From positions 48,546,001 to 48,610,000 of the forward strand of contig CM060734.1 in the NCBI GenBank assembly GCA_030704615.1: a DNA stretch of 64,000 nucleotides, read 5' to 3'. Shown piece after piece: positions 47,137 through 60,298 of the stretch. Below the pieces are notes generated by a model that did no database searches, was not told where the DNA came from, and was given only the letters and a program-made list of their open reading frames with translations. The DNA comes from Takakia lepidozioides. Taxonomy: Eukaryota > Plantae > Bryophyta. Both the position numbers and the translations under genes were made by a program. How positions within the stretch are numbered: position 1 is the stretch's first letter; each line of letters starts with the position of its first letter.

Positions 47137-50100
47137 ATGGGAAAGCTAGCAGTTTCATTTGTGGAGGTGGCGCCCGAATCCCACTTCTCGTTGCAGAATC
47201 TTCCATATGGGATTTTCAAGCCGAGTGTAGACCAGGAGGCCAGGCCTGGTGTGGCGATTGGGGAGTACGTCTTGGACTTGAGCATTCTTGCCCGCCATGG
47301 ATTGTTCAATGGGCCTTCGCTGTCCCAATCTGATGCTTTCTATCAGGTACTGTAGCCTTCTATGATTGTTTAAAGCTGGAAATTTGCAGAGTTTGAGAAT
47401 GAACTTGCGCAGGACGTTGAGAAGTAAGTGCAATTGGGAATTTTGGAATGATTCCGCTACTCTACCCTCCCATGAGTTTGCATGCGGGAAATTGGTTGGT
47501 GAGTAAAGAATTTCGAATCCTTGAGCTTATGATAGCAAATGCTCCCCGGACGTGCTCAGAAAACGGCAATCTGTGGTTGTCCTCTCACCCTTCTAGGGCA
47601 GTGGCTTTCCACAAAGATGCTACCTTTCAGCTGCCCAAATGCACTAGTCGCATTCTGCGCTATTTCCCATGTTGTAAGTGCAAATTTGCAGTGATCGACA
47701 TCATAAGACATTTGAGATTTTCTTGAAACCAATCAATTGGTGAGATATGCTTGTGGCGGCTAATAATAAGATGTCTGGTTTGATGTAGAAATCCCTCAAT
47801 TCATTCATGGCATTGGGAAGGCCAGCATGGAAGGAGGCCCGGACCACTATTCAAAAACTTCTCTCTGGTATGGGCTGTGCCAGTCCTACAAAATCTTGGG
47901 GTAGAGGGTCGAGAATTGTCCCTTTCCCAATCAGATATGGTTGTGTGACAGGGGATATCTCAGCTGTTACTGTTCTTAAATAGTGCAATGGGTAGACTGC
48001 TGTAAGTTGGATCAGACGAACATTGCTTTGGCAGAGAGGAGCTCCAGGATGTAGTCACCTGATTTGCATAGACCAGCATTTGCATAGCCATTCCATCTTT
48101 GGGGACTACTGGGGAAATTTGAAGCATTAAAGGTCAATGGCAAAATGTGATGATCACTTGCTTGTTTCAATGTGCAGCCGATGAGCCCACACTGCGTGAT
48201 GATGCAGTTCTCAGGTCCAAGGCCTTCTTCCCTTTGGTAGGCTTGTCTACAAGGCTCAACAGAGAAGCTAACCAAGCTATTCCTTTAGTATGGTGCAATT
48301 CACTTGTATCATTTGTCAAGAAGTTACGTGCATGACTGCTGCACCTGTCTTCTGGCAGTCCCTACTAAGGGTAATATTGTACTTGTCATGCACCAGCACC
48401 AGACAATGTATGTCGGTGGTATCGAGTTCATGATGGTTACTGGGTTATGGGGAATAGAGCCAAGTGAAGATGGAGTTGCCAGCACTTATAGGTGACTACA
48501 CTGACTTCTTCTCATCAAAAGAGCATGCCATCAATACTGGAACCATCTTCCGGGGCAAAGAAAATGCCCTTCCTGCTCACTGGTACTCTCTTGCTTCTAC
48601 CTTGCACTCGCTAATTTTTCTTGCTCAAGTCTAGGGCTGGATTGTGCCACCTTTTGCACACCTTCCTTCCATTTTGGGCTTTGCAGTCAGAGGTGCAGGG
48701 GCTTGGTGAAAGATCAGGTTTGTTCAGAACTAGAACCCTCGAAATTCCTCTGCTGTCACTGGGTCAATGATAGGTCTTGAAGTTCTGAAATGAGAGAACT
48801 TAATGCTTTGGGTTCGTTTTTTCACAATGAAAAAAATCCCCTGGGCAAGTTGGGGCTCTTTGAAGTCTGTATGCATGCTATCACCGTTTGAATCCTTTCT
48901 TAGTGGGATGCTACATCTTGGTCACAATCAATGAAAGCATCATTCCTGTGGTGCTATGGCAACAGGTTGCAACTACCGATTGCATATCATGGACGAGCGT
49001 CCTCAGTGGTGGTCTCAGGATCTAACATTGTGCGGCCAAGGTACTGGTACTCACTATTTCTCGCTTTACCTGTGTGTGTTTGTAGTTGCATCACATGAGT
49101 AGCATGGAAAGAATGGCTGTGGTTGGATGAACCTGTATTCAGGCAGGCTCCCAACAATTTCCCACCAAGTCAAATGTGACAAGCTCGCAAGCTAGTTTCT
49201 GAAATCAAGAAATGACTGTAACAAGGTTGTAAAACTTTCACTCATCTGGTGAATCAGGCCTAGTAAGTTTTTCTCCAATGTGCTCAAGGTCTAGGAAGCT
49301 CTGGACTGGAACTTCTCCGCAACAACTTTGATTGTAACTAACATTTGGCAAGGACCGAGTTATGAAATGAACGGAGGGTGTTTTGCACTCTGGCTACTCC
49401 TTGGTTTGCGATAGTACTCGTTGGAAATCTGACTTGTGAAACTTGTAATTGGAAGCAGACATAAGATTTAACATGCTTTTTGGATGGGCTGCAGAGGTCA
49501 AACTGTACCACCAGAAGGGGAGTCAACACCAATATTCAAGCCTTCAGCACTCATGGATTTTGAGCTTGAGATGGTGGGTGGTCTGGCCCTACACTGTAAT
49601 TTTTGAGCATGATGTGTGCTGTTAGAAAGGGCAACTGTCACTTGGCTCGGGACCAAATCCCATCTGAATCAGCAAGGTCTTGTGGTCTGTATCCACCAGA
49701 GATGTGTAGTTTCAGATGAGGTAAGGGAGAAAGGAACTCTGCAGGAAGCTCAAGGAGCTTATCAGACAAAGAAGACAGGAAACATCTGGGGAGGCTTGTT
49801 TCCCCAATAGAAAGTTGCATCTCCAGACAGAATGAGACCACAACCTCCAATTTAGCCGAGTTGTTGTTGCCCTGAGGATGGGCTTCTGGGTATAGATACA
49901 CGACGAGCAAATATGGATTAAAGGCTACAATGGAATGCAGGCTGTGTTTGTGGGTCCCGGGAATGAGCTGGGCAGCCCTGTGAGTGTGGATGCAGCCCTG
50001 GACCACATATTTGGGTTTGTTCTGATGAACGACTGGAGTGGTATGTGTTTCTCATCCAAGATTCAAAACCACTACAAAGAAAAGCCTTGGCTCTGGGATC

Positions 50101-52598
50101 ATCATTAGAACACTTATCCTGTGATGCGGCGCTGCTGGATGTTCACTGACCTCGGAGTCTTCCTGGTTGACTGGAGGACACCCCTGAGAAAATCTTGATG
50201 TCCTTTATTTTCCTATGCTAATCCTGTCCAGATTTTGTTGTAGTGTCCCACATACACAAAGCATTGGATTCCCCTCATCTCCTTTGAACAGACCCTCAGG
50301 TCTTTGCCTTCCAAATGCGATCAGAGACCTTCACTGGTGGGAGTCTTTTTTTGTTCCACTGTTACTTGAAGTACCATATTCCTGACACACATGTTTGTGG
50401 ACTGTCTGTTTAAATCATGATCGATGAAGTAATAGTTCTTCTGATGCTGTCCATTGTGGTCATTGGAGTGCCCAGCAAGAGATGTACAGAAGTGGGAGGG
50501 GGTTCCTCTCGGTCCGTTCCTTGGAAAGAACTTCGGTGCGTATACTTCGGTTTCCCAAGCAGGATGTTAGGAGTACTAGACAGCTAGGGTCAGAGAGTCA
50601 CATTTGCAGTGTTTGGCAAGCATATGCTGGTACTCCCACTGGGCCTTTACTTGCAACTCGATTGCATGGCTATGTCTGTGAATCAATGCCATATATTGCT
50701 CTCATTTTATGCCATTCATGGAAATCCATGTCTGGGGTTAATCATAGGCAATCCTGTCCATGTCCTAATACCTGAAGACTTTATCTCACCTAACTTGAGC
50801 TAACTGTGTTGACTGCAGGGACCACGATTTCGCCATGGATTGTGACAATGGAAGCACTGGAGCCGTTCCTTGTTGAAGCACCAGTGCAGGTCAGTCAATT
50901 CACATAGGTGGCAGGGTTGGTTATGGCTTTCATAAAGTGTTAATAGAGGCAGTATCGCTTTGTGATTGGAACCATAAGGAAGTTTGGCAGCAATATGAAC
51001 CTTATTCAACCATTCCATCAATGGATGACATGAAAGATAAACTGCCATTATTTTTTATGACTGCCTTGTTTGCCATGCCAGCTAGCCTGCAAATGCAAGC
51101 TAATCTGCTCTGAGACTACGGAGACTGTGGTCTACTAAATTAATGTCAATGAGGACATTTCTCATGAAATGCAGAATCCAGCTCCCTTGTCGTACTTACG
51201 GGAGACCAACCGGACGACATTTGACATTCCTTTGCAGGTTCTTCGTACTGTATCCAATCACCGATTTTTTCATCTTATGTACCTCCGCTTTTCTTGCTTG
51301 CAATTCCCTGTGCACTTTGATACAAGTCTTGAGGGTTTTGAATTGAAGGTGAGCTTGAGGAATGTCACGTCTTGAGCCTGGCAGCATCTCAGAGTGACAT
51401 GTTGAAATTTATGAACTGGAGGATCCAATTGCTTGTGATATTACAGCACCAGAAGAGACATCTTGGCAAGAGTTGCAATCAGCTTCGGATGTCAATGTCT
51501 TTCGCTTTCCTCCAAGAGAATATCTGAAGGTGTGCATGCATATAATTTTTGCGGTGAGGACAAATGGGTGCAGGTAGCAATAAGGCCAGAAGGGGAAACA
51601 CATGCCTCGGTTGTTTGCCAAAGCAACTTCAAGTACCTGTAAGTGTTTCTGCTAATGCCGACTGACAGTCGATTCCAACCAGGGTTTATGGTTCTGAACA
51701 TTGTTTCTATGCTGACGGTCTGGCAAGAAATGCTTTATCACATGAGGATGGCAGAATATTTCAGTGAATACAATCAACCTGGTTGGTGACTGGTGGGAAT
51801 TTGATAGTAAGCACGACATACTGTCCCCGTTAGACCTCCTTTTTAGTAGAGATGGATCAATAGAAGGAAAGCAAATGATAAGCGTGATGACTGAGTGATG
51901 TGCAGGTATTGGACAGTAAGTCAACAGCTAGCACACCACACTTCAAATGGCTGTAACCTATGTCCCGGTGACCTGTTCGCGTCAGGAACAATAAGTGGGC
52001 CAGTAAGTTTATTTCCATGTCATTGCCTCTGCATCTTTCATCCATCTCGTATACTACAGTGCTCGGGACAAGTCTGCTGTTATGGCACCACTTGCAACTC
52101 TATCGCCAGTCTAAGTGTTCAAGGTAATGAGGGTGACAGCTGCTGAGAACATTAAACAAGCTTTTTTCCTGCAGAATCCAGGTAGTCTTGGGTCTTTGTT
52201 GGAGCAGTCATGGGCAGGGACAAAAGACATACTGTTGGAACATGGAGGGACCCGCAAGTTTCTGAAAGATGGCGATGAGGTGATCATGACTGGTTTGTGT
52301 AAGGTGAGTGCTATTTGTTTTATTCCTGGTTTGTATCTTTGTTTTCCCCTTTCTTGTAAGATGTGTCTAACATAGTTTTCTTGTATGACTTCCCTGGAGC
52401 TGGCATTCATGTACCTCCAGTTTCATTTCGATTTCCAGAAAGGAAGTTGAATGAGTCACATCTTGGGTGCCCAGTTTCTGCAGCAGGTAAAAAATTACAA
52501 TAATCAATCATAATTTCTCTCGCTTTCAATTGCAGGGGGACGGGTTTGTCGTGGGCTTTGGCGAGTGTAGTGGTAAAGTTCTACCATCGAAACTGTAG
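47137..52598 (+). CDS. FAH: Fumarylacetoacetase (tyrosine catabolism), about 14 exons
   Basis: [11 protein letters not shown]...[110 protein letters not shown] and TAG at 52596-52598; GT-AG introns. Confidence 0.95.
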
Positions 52599-54430
52599 AG
52601 TACTCCAATTCAGAAGATTCCTGATTTGCCCAGAGATCCATGAACGGGTGGCAAGAGAGGCTTGATAAGCGCTCCCTGCGCTTCACTTGAACAATTACCC
52701 AACTAGACACTCTTGTGTTGCCTGCTGAAAGCTGAAGCTGGAATTTGTTCAGTGTGCTGTGCTAGTTGTACTTCATGGATATTTTCAATGTACTGATGCC
52801 CAGAAAAATGAAAGAAAAGAAGGTCCAGAAGTATATAAGCATATTCCAGTAGTCAAGCCATGTTTTTCTCTTTCTCTTTATTGTTTACTGATTTGGTTGT
52901 TGGTCTAAACTCTGACTGTAGACCAACTTTGACTGGACGTTAAACAAACTTTACTTTACTTTACTTTACTTTACCAACTCTAGTAAAAACAAGTGGAAAC
53001 TACGGCTTTCCGGACTGTCTGGAGTCAAAACTAAGTTACACTAGTGAGCTCATGGACAAAAGCCTCACTGTGCCAGGCTACAGTCAGAGCCTGGGCTCAA
53101 TCCTTCACAGTCTGAATACATTAACGAAATTGTGTACCTATGCAGCCCCGGACAACTAAAAAGATAATTAATGGAGACCCAAACTACTACTCAACCTGAT
53201 TTTTAATTTTTGATTTTTAATTTTTTTAATTTTGAAAAGGAATCACATTACAAATCCTCACTTGGACTCCTCTAGCTTTACTGCTTGTTGGATTATTGTC
53301 ACGATTCTCCGCGCGTTGGGCCCTTATGCAAACCTTCAATTGCTGAATAAACACTTCTCACTGCATGCCGGAATCGTCGACCAAATGAGAGTCCATGGCG
53401 GCCTTCGGGCCTAACAAGGGTTTTAATCTTTTTCCCTTCAATAATTTCAATAAAGCTCTCAAGGGCTTCCTCCCGAGTCCCCTTTCTCTAAGCTACCATA
53501 CGGTAATGTGAAATTATGTTATCATCTTATTGCTCCGCACTGCTACCCACGACTTCAACAAACAATATCCAAGAAAAGTGTGATGGATTCAAAAAAGAGG
53601 CTCCGCAATACCGCTGGTGCACGATGATAGGCACTTATTTTACCCTCAAATTACTTTAGGTAGATAAACTCTTTTGAAAATTGTTCCAACCACAAAAGAT
53701 AGGCCACATACAGAGCTTTCCAATGATATCTTTACCGACAGGAGTGAACCTAGATCGGTTCACATAGGGTCAGGTTGGTGGGACAAATGCAATATCTCCA
53801 TTTAAAATTGAAAATAAAAAAACATTTTTTAATTTATTTTCGCAAGAAAAGAGGACATAGACCTTGATAAAACTTTATTAAAATCCATTTTAGGGTCAGA
53901 AAATAATGAGAACTGGACGGTATTGCCAACTAGACAAATGTAGCCTATTTGAAGGGCTATCTACTGATGTGTTGAATGGTGGTAACTTAAGGGTAACAGT
54001 AACTGGAATTTATTGTCAATCAACTGCTTTGGTACGTCATGATGGTCTAGTTTCTACCCTACTGCTGGTCAAAATGGTAGTGTGATGATTTCTTGAGCTT
54101 TTGGCCTACACCGATCTTTCTGTCAGCCCTCACTGTCCTATCGGAAGCTCTGTTCTTTCTGTGTTCCTTCTCGCCACTTGGGTCTTTTTATAAAGCTATG
54201 CAGGATCTTCTCATCTGCGAAGGTCCCAAGCACTGAAATTGGGTTGTGGGAATGTCGGTAACAACCCTAAGATCGAAAACCGGATTGTGGGCAGTAGTGT
54301 TGAAGCGCTCAACTCCGCAACTGTCCGGAATTCGAGGGTACTGTTGCATTCTTTGAAGAGGAGAGGTGCAATTGAGTTATGGAAGGATCAAGTGGTTGTA
54401 TGGGCAGCAACCACACTACTGGGCGATCTC

Positions 54431-57400
54431 ATGGATGGCAGGATGGATTGTAAGCGACAATCCAGAGCACAAGATCGGAGGCGGCAACGCCGCAGTAACA
54501 AGCAATGGCAACCAACTGGAGTGCATTCTTCAGAGGGCGACCGAGCAATTGAACAACCGTCTGGAAGAGATGAAAGACAAAGAGATGAGAGCTCATGGCG
54601 TCCCAGTGGAAGTGATGGTGAGGAGGAAATTGTATGGAGTGGGAGGGACAAAACAGAAACTGCAGATTCTGGCAGGACCTCAAACGCCACGGGTCCTCCC
54701 TTCCCACATGAAAATAGTAGAGTAAAGTTCTCAAGCCCAAAGGATGCTGCCAGAAAAGGTCCTTTACCTTCAGTGTCGTCTCAAGAGAGTCGAGATGGGA
54801 CGAATGCTACTTCTCCTGACCAGCAGTATGAGCTACTCGAGCAAGTATTTGCACAACCAAGCTCTGCGGTCAAGAGAGTGCCCAAAGGAAGTGGCGCTTC
54901 AACCCGGGGAGATGACCTTCGTAAGACTAGACCACTTGACTCCAAAGGTCCTAGCAATCCATATGGTGGGAGAAAGATTGGTGCAAATGTTAAAAATGGA
55001 GTTAGAAGTTTCGGAGTTCATTCATGGGACCCGCATAGGAACTCCTATCGAGAGGCCTCACAAAACCAACTTCAGCCTTCCAGTGGAGCAAATGGATTCC
55101 TTTCTGATGAGTATTATTCACTAAGTGGTCCAGTCTCAACTCCTTACTCTAGCGGTGGTGGTGAAGGTGCAACTCCTTCGCTTGGACCGAAAGCATACCA
55201 TTCTCTCTCTCAAGATGAAAGGCGCCACACAGCGAGAGAGGGCAGGCCATTTCCAGACAACATTAGGGTTCAGAGGGGTAACCATGGAAATGTGCTTCCT
55301 ATCCATTCACCACACCACCATCTTCCTGGGCCTCCTCCACATACCAATGTATGTGAAGATGGTAAGAGCGCAGGCTTGCATAGGTCTGCCTTGAGTCAGG
55401 GTATACCACCCAATTTCTTTCGTGATGGTCATAATCATGGAAGCCAGCGTGGTGGTTGGGGTAGTAGTAAGCAGGGTCACCAGTCTCATGATAGCAGTCA
55501 AGTTCCTCAGGATGGGGACCAGAAGCTTCTGGGAAGAGAGCCGACATGTAAACAGGGGGGCCTACCTAGAAGTCAGGGGGAGCCAAGAACAACTGCAGAT
55601 CAACCGGGAGTGTCCGGGGGTGGAAAAGGGAAATTGGAGGGAGGCATGGCAAATCTGAATAAAGAGATAGACAGTGAGTTTGCATTGGATGGAATGACAG
55701 ATGGAGAAAGGGACAAAGCAACCAGGTATAAGCAACTTTCTGCATTGAGGAGAGACCGACTTTGGAGGGCTTCACAAGAGGCAAGTGGGGACATCTTTGT
55801 TTCACAACCTTTTCCTCCCAATCATGAGCGGCCCCAAACAATTAGCGTGGGAGCAAAAGAAGCAGCCTCAATTTCAATTGTTAATAATGGAACAGACCAC
55901 GTGAAGTTACTGGCTGTGAGGATGCTTTTTGTGAATCCGCAGGATACTTTCAGTCTCTCTTTAGCTTCACCCTCTCAAGCACCACCAGTTGCTGGAAGAT
56001 CTCCACCTACCTCTGACGTTTCGTGCTCCACGTCAAAAGGTCCAGGTGTAGCTCTGTCTGGGGGCCCATGGGTGATCAGCCCTGGCTCGCACCTCACAGT
56101 GAAGCTTACATGTGTTGCATCGTCTATGGGCTTGCATAAAGCAGTATTGCTCATCGATTTTGGCACACAAAAAATTGTCAAATATATTTCTCTAATTTGC
56201 GAAGATGAGATTGCCAAGACATTAGCACCTAGTGTGCCTTATGTGCGGTTGCCACAGCCAAGAATTCGGAGCTTTGTCAAGTTTGTCCGTGGAGTACCCC
56301 CTCCCTTGCCTCTCTTTAGAAAGAGGCTGGACTTTTACTCGATTCCACAGAATATCAAGGATGCGATTTTGCGGAAGGAGACCTTGCCAGTCCTCTTGGA
56401 GGGGTTGCGGACAGAAAACTACTGCGCTTACTATTCCACTCTTGAGTTTGCCGAGGAGATTCAGATGGAGGTTGGTTGCCTGGGTCTTCTCTGTAGTTCA
56501 CCATATGGAATATACTTGTCATGATTCTGCTCTTTTTCCTTCTTTTCACTTGCAAGGGACTTGCTATCATTCACCTATGATTTTTCTGGTTTCCAGCTTG
56601 TTTTCTCTAGTTGATTGTGAGGGAACAAACAGGTGGACATCCGTGCCTATGATCTGCAAAATGTCACGATGCGCAAAGTTGGGGTTGAGTATTTGGCACT
56701 CATGGTACCTGGGCTGTCAGAGAGACGTCCTTCTGTTATTTTTAGGGACAAGATCTATGTGAGGCCTTCTGGAAGCACAGCACGAGAGTTTCAGGTGAGT
56801 CTTGAGTCTCCCGTCATGAAGTCTTAAAGATTCAAGTTGTTCTCTCAAACTGAAATTACTTGTCTTTATGATGCTGACAAGGGTGTTTCACAGGCTCATG
56901 ATGTATAATTGGATATACATAATGTTTTGCACTCCAACTTGTCATGGTTTCTGATGTAGGATCATGAGTAGCTATTGACGGAACAGAGCTTCCCCTTTAT
57001 TGTGAATAGAAGCAACTCAGTATTTACTTGTACGGTGTGGGTGATTGTCAGTCTTGTATTCAGTTTGAATACAGCTTTACATGATTCTCAGCAGTTTCTA
57101 GAAGGATATTATGTATTCTTTGCAGTTTTTTAGTGAAGTTTTGCTTGACATCTTGAGTCATTGGCGGTGCGGATCAGGGTTACGTTCACAAGGTGCAAGC
57201 AGATGAAGTTCACCTCAAGTTTAGTGACACTCTTCATGGGATCTTCATCCCTAAATCCCGCTTTGATGTCCGGTTCTCTTTTGGTAGAGTGAACATAAGG
57301 CGCGCCCATCAAGCAATCAATGCAGCAAGACACTTGGTTGACTCTTTTATATTTCCAACTCCACCTGGTCGAACCGAGACAAGTCCTGCAGAGGTGAAGA

Positions 57401-59372
57401 AGATTGTGCCATTCAACAGGGCTCTCAATGTTGAACAAATGAATGCCGTCGCAGAAATCCTCAAGTGCAAAGGGGCCCCTCCATATTTGATTTTTGGGCC
57501 ACCGGGGACAGGAAAAACTGTGACAGTGGTAGAAGCCATTCTTCAGCTGAGAAAAAGTAACCCACAGTCTCGAATTCTTGCTTGTGCCCCTTCTAACAGC
57601 GCTTCAGATTTGCTGTTAGAGCGTCTCATTGGTGCAATTGAAAAGCGTGAGATTCTTCGCCTCAATGCCTACACCCGGAGTCTAGATGATGTCCCCCCTA
57701 ACCTACTACCATATTGTTTGTGTAACGATTCCCTCTTCTGTACCCCTGATCAAGCAGCACTGCTCCAATATAAGGTGGTTGTTTCAACATACTGGAGTGC
57801 TGCCATGTTGGATGCCCAGGAGATAATTGCTGGACACTTTACCCATATTTTCTTGGATGAAGCTGGACAAGGAAAGGAGCCTGAAGCTATGGTTCCCATT
57901 GCCAATCTTGCAAATGCAAGCACAGTTGTGGTGCTAGCAGGGGACCACCAGCAATTGGGGCCTGTGGTTCGGTCTCAGCTTGCACAAAAGTTTGGTCTCG
58001 ACAAGTCCTACTTGGAGCGGATCTCAAACCTGCCCCTCTATTCGCCTGCCTCTCACACTACACCTGGAGAATCTGGCTACAACAAATGTCTGGTGACTAA
58101 GCTACTGAGAAACTACCGCTCACATCCAGCAATTTTAGACCTCCCCTCACGACTCTTTTACAATGGAGATCTAATTGCATGTGCTGACGAGAGCTGCAAC
58201 TCTCTCTCTGATTGGGAGGAACTGTCAAATAAGCGATTCCCTCTTCTCTTTGTAGGAATTGAAGGCCGGGATGAAAGAGAAGGGAGTAGTCCTTCGTGGT
58301 TCAATGCACAAGAGGCCAGCAAGGTGGTGGAGATTGTCAAGAAAGTAAAGGATTATCGACGAAGTAGGGTTAGTGCCAAGGACATTGGCATCATATCACC
58401 ATACAATCAGCAGGTTAACAAGCTTAAGAAAGCATTGGCCGCTCAGAACTTGGGAGAAGTCAAGGTGGGAAGTGTTGAATCATTCCAAGGGCAAGAGAAA
58501 CGTGTGATCATCATCTCAACTGTTCGATCCAGCAAGGAACATGTGGAGTTTGATAAGCAGCACAACCTCGGATTCCTAACCAATCCAAAGAGGTTCAATG
58601 TGGCTATTACACGAGCAAAAGCCCTTCTGATCATTGTGGGTAATCCACATGTCCTCAGTCAGGTAACTCTCTCTCTTCTATTTCCTCCACTTCTGTGAAA
58701 GGGCTACGGCCATTAGACTGCAGCAAGTACAGTTGATGAGTATACGACACTGGATATGCATGTAGCGGCAAATGGGTTGGTGCTGCTTTGAGTTTAGGAT
58801 AACAGTTTGCATTTTGTTATGGAGTTGTAGAAGGGAGTAGGTTAGAGATTTATGATGTAGGAGTACAGTGTCATGCTTATAGTGCGAACTTTGCAATTGT
58901 TAAGGTCTTCTTCAGGGGCCCTGGAGGGATCGAGATCTTCACAGTGCAACGATTTATCCCTTCATTAGAGGGGAGTAAGGTTCCCCTTTTAAGCACCTTA
59001 AGAACCCCATCAGCAGAATTAATTACAAACATTAACAGGATCCAGTATCCCTTGGCTCATCCGTGGTCTACTTTTTCAGATTTTAAGACAGCTATCCTGC
59101 ACTGCACTGATCTCAGAATACTATCAGGAAGTTGAATCAATAAATCTTACTAAGTTGAACGTGACTAACAGGATCGATGCTGGAATGAGCTGCTGCGCTA
59201 CTGTGAGGCCAACCAGTCCTACAAGGGTTGCTCTTCCCCCTCGGAAGAAAAGAGCACCAAAGACAAGGAGATCTATGATAAGTGGTTTGAGGAGGTGGGA
59301 GCCAGTGATGGGCTGAAGACATCAGTGAAGGTGGCAGCTGAGGAACCAGAATGGCCCGATGGTACTCGTTAG
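54431..59372 (+). CDS. SDE3: SDE3/MOV10/Armitage-like UPF1-family (SF1B) RNA helicase, 4 exons (~54431-56470, 56634-56795, 57178-58662, 59173-59372)
   Basis: VPGLSERRPSV, GPPGTGKT, CAPSNSASD, DEAGQ, GDHQQLGP, NYRSHP, SPSWFN, GSVESFQGQE, RFNVAITRAK; last exon DRCWNELLRYC...EPEWPDGTR*. Confidence 0.9.
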
Positions 59373-60298
59373 TCATTGACTGGTAGCTGCATTGAAGTAA
59401 TGTAAAAGCCTTTGTTGTCGAGGTTTGATGTGTCCTTTACTGAACCTCTTGATCAACATTATCTCAATCTGACAGCAATCCGTAAGGCTAAAGAAAAAAC
59501 TGTGTAACCTCATTGAGGATTGCTCTTTAATGCCCACTGTATTAGACAGGTAGAATTTTCTGGCGCGGCATCTGGTGTGCAATAGTCCTCTGCCATTTTT
59601 GGAATCGAAGGGTTTGGAACTGCCAGTCTGATATAAAATGAAAGAGAAAATAGACGAGTCAACCAGAAGATCTGGAAGTTAGCTGTTGTGGGACATCTAT
59701 TTCATTTTCACAGGAGTTAGGATACCCAGCCAGATTCAGGGATAGAATGGTCCTCATTTGATTCATTTTGTTGGGCTCGGCGACAGTATGGTGTAAGACT
59801 GCATTGAGTTGTTGAGTCACATGAGAATTAAGTGATACCCCATTTACACTGGTTCAAGTGAAAGCTGCAGCAGGTGCCAAACTGCAGTTTAGGACACGGG
59901 ATGGGCATCAATCGAATGTTTACCCAGACACTTGAACCTGCTAATATTTTCCAGCAGCTACCCGGATGCAAACTGGACCCATGTTCGTATACCTGGACAC
60001 GACCCCGGAACTGGATTTTCAGAAATAGTTGAAGATGGGAAGGAAATGAAGTTGAAAGTCTGATAGAGATTCTACACGCACAACCCAAAAGCCAATGGCC
60101 AGCTTGATAGCTTGCAAACAACCACGCGTATTCATATCTTGATAGGTAGTAATATGTCCGTAGAGCTTTATTGAGTAATTAATAACTTCATAGTACATAT
60201 AGTGTTCTAAACGTCCACAGATGCTGATCCCCTGCGACCAGACGTGTTATGTACAAGCAAGCCTGTGGTTCCTATGCACAGAAACTTATCAATTGGAA

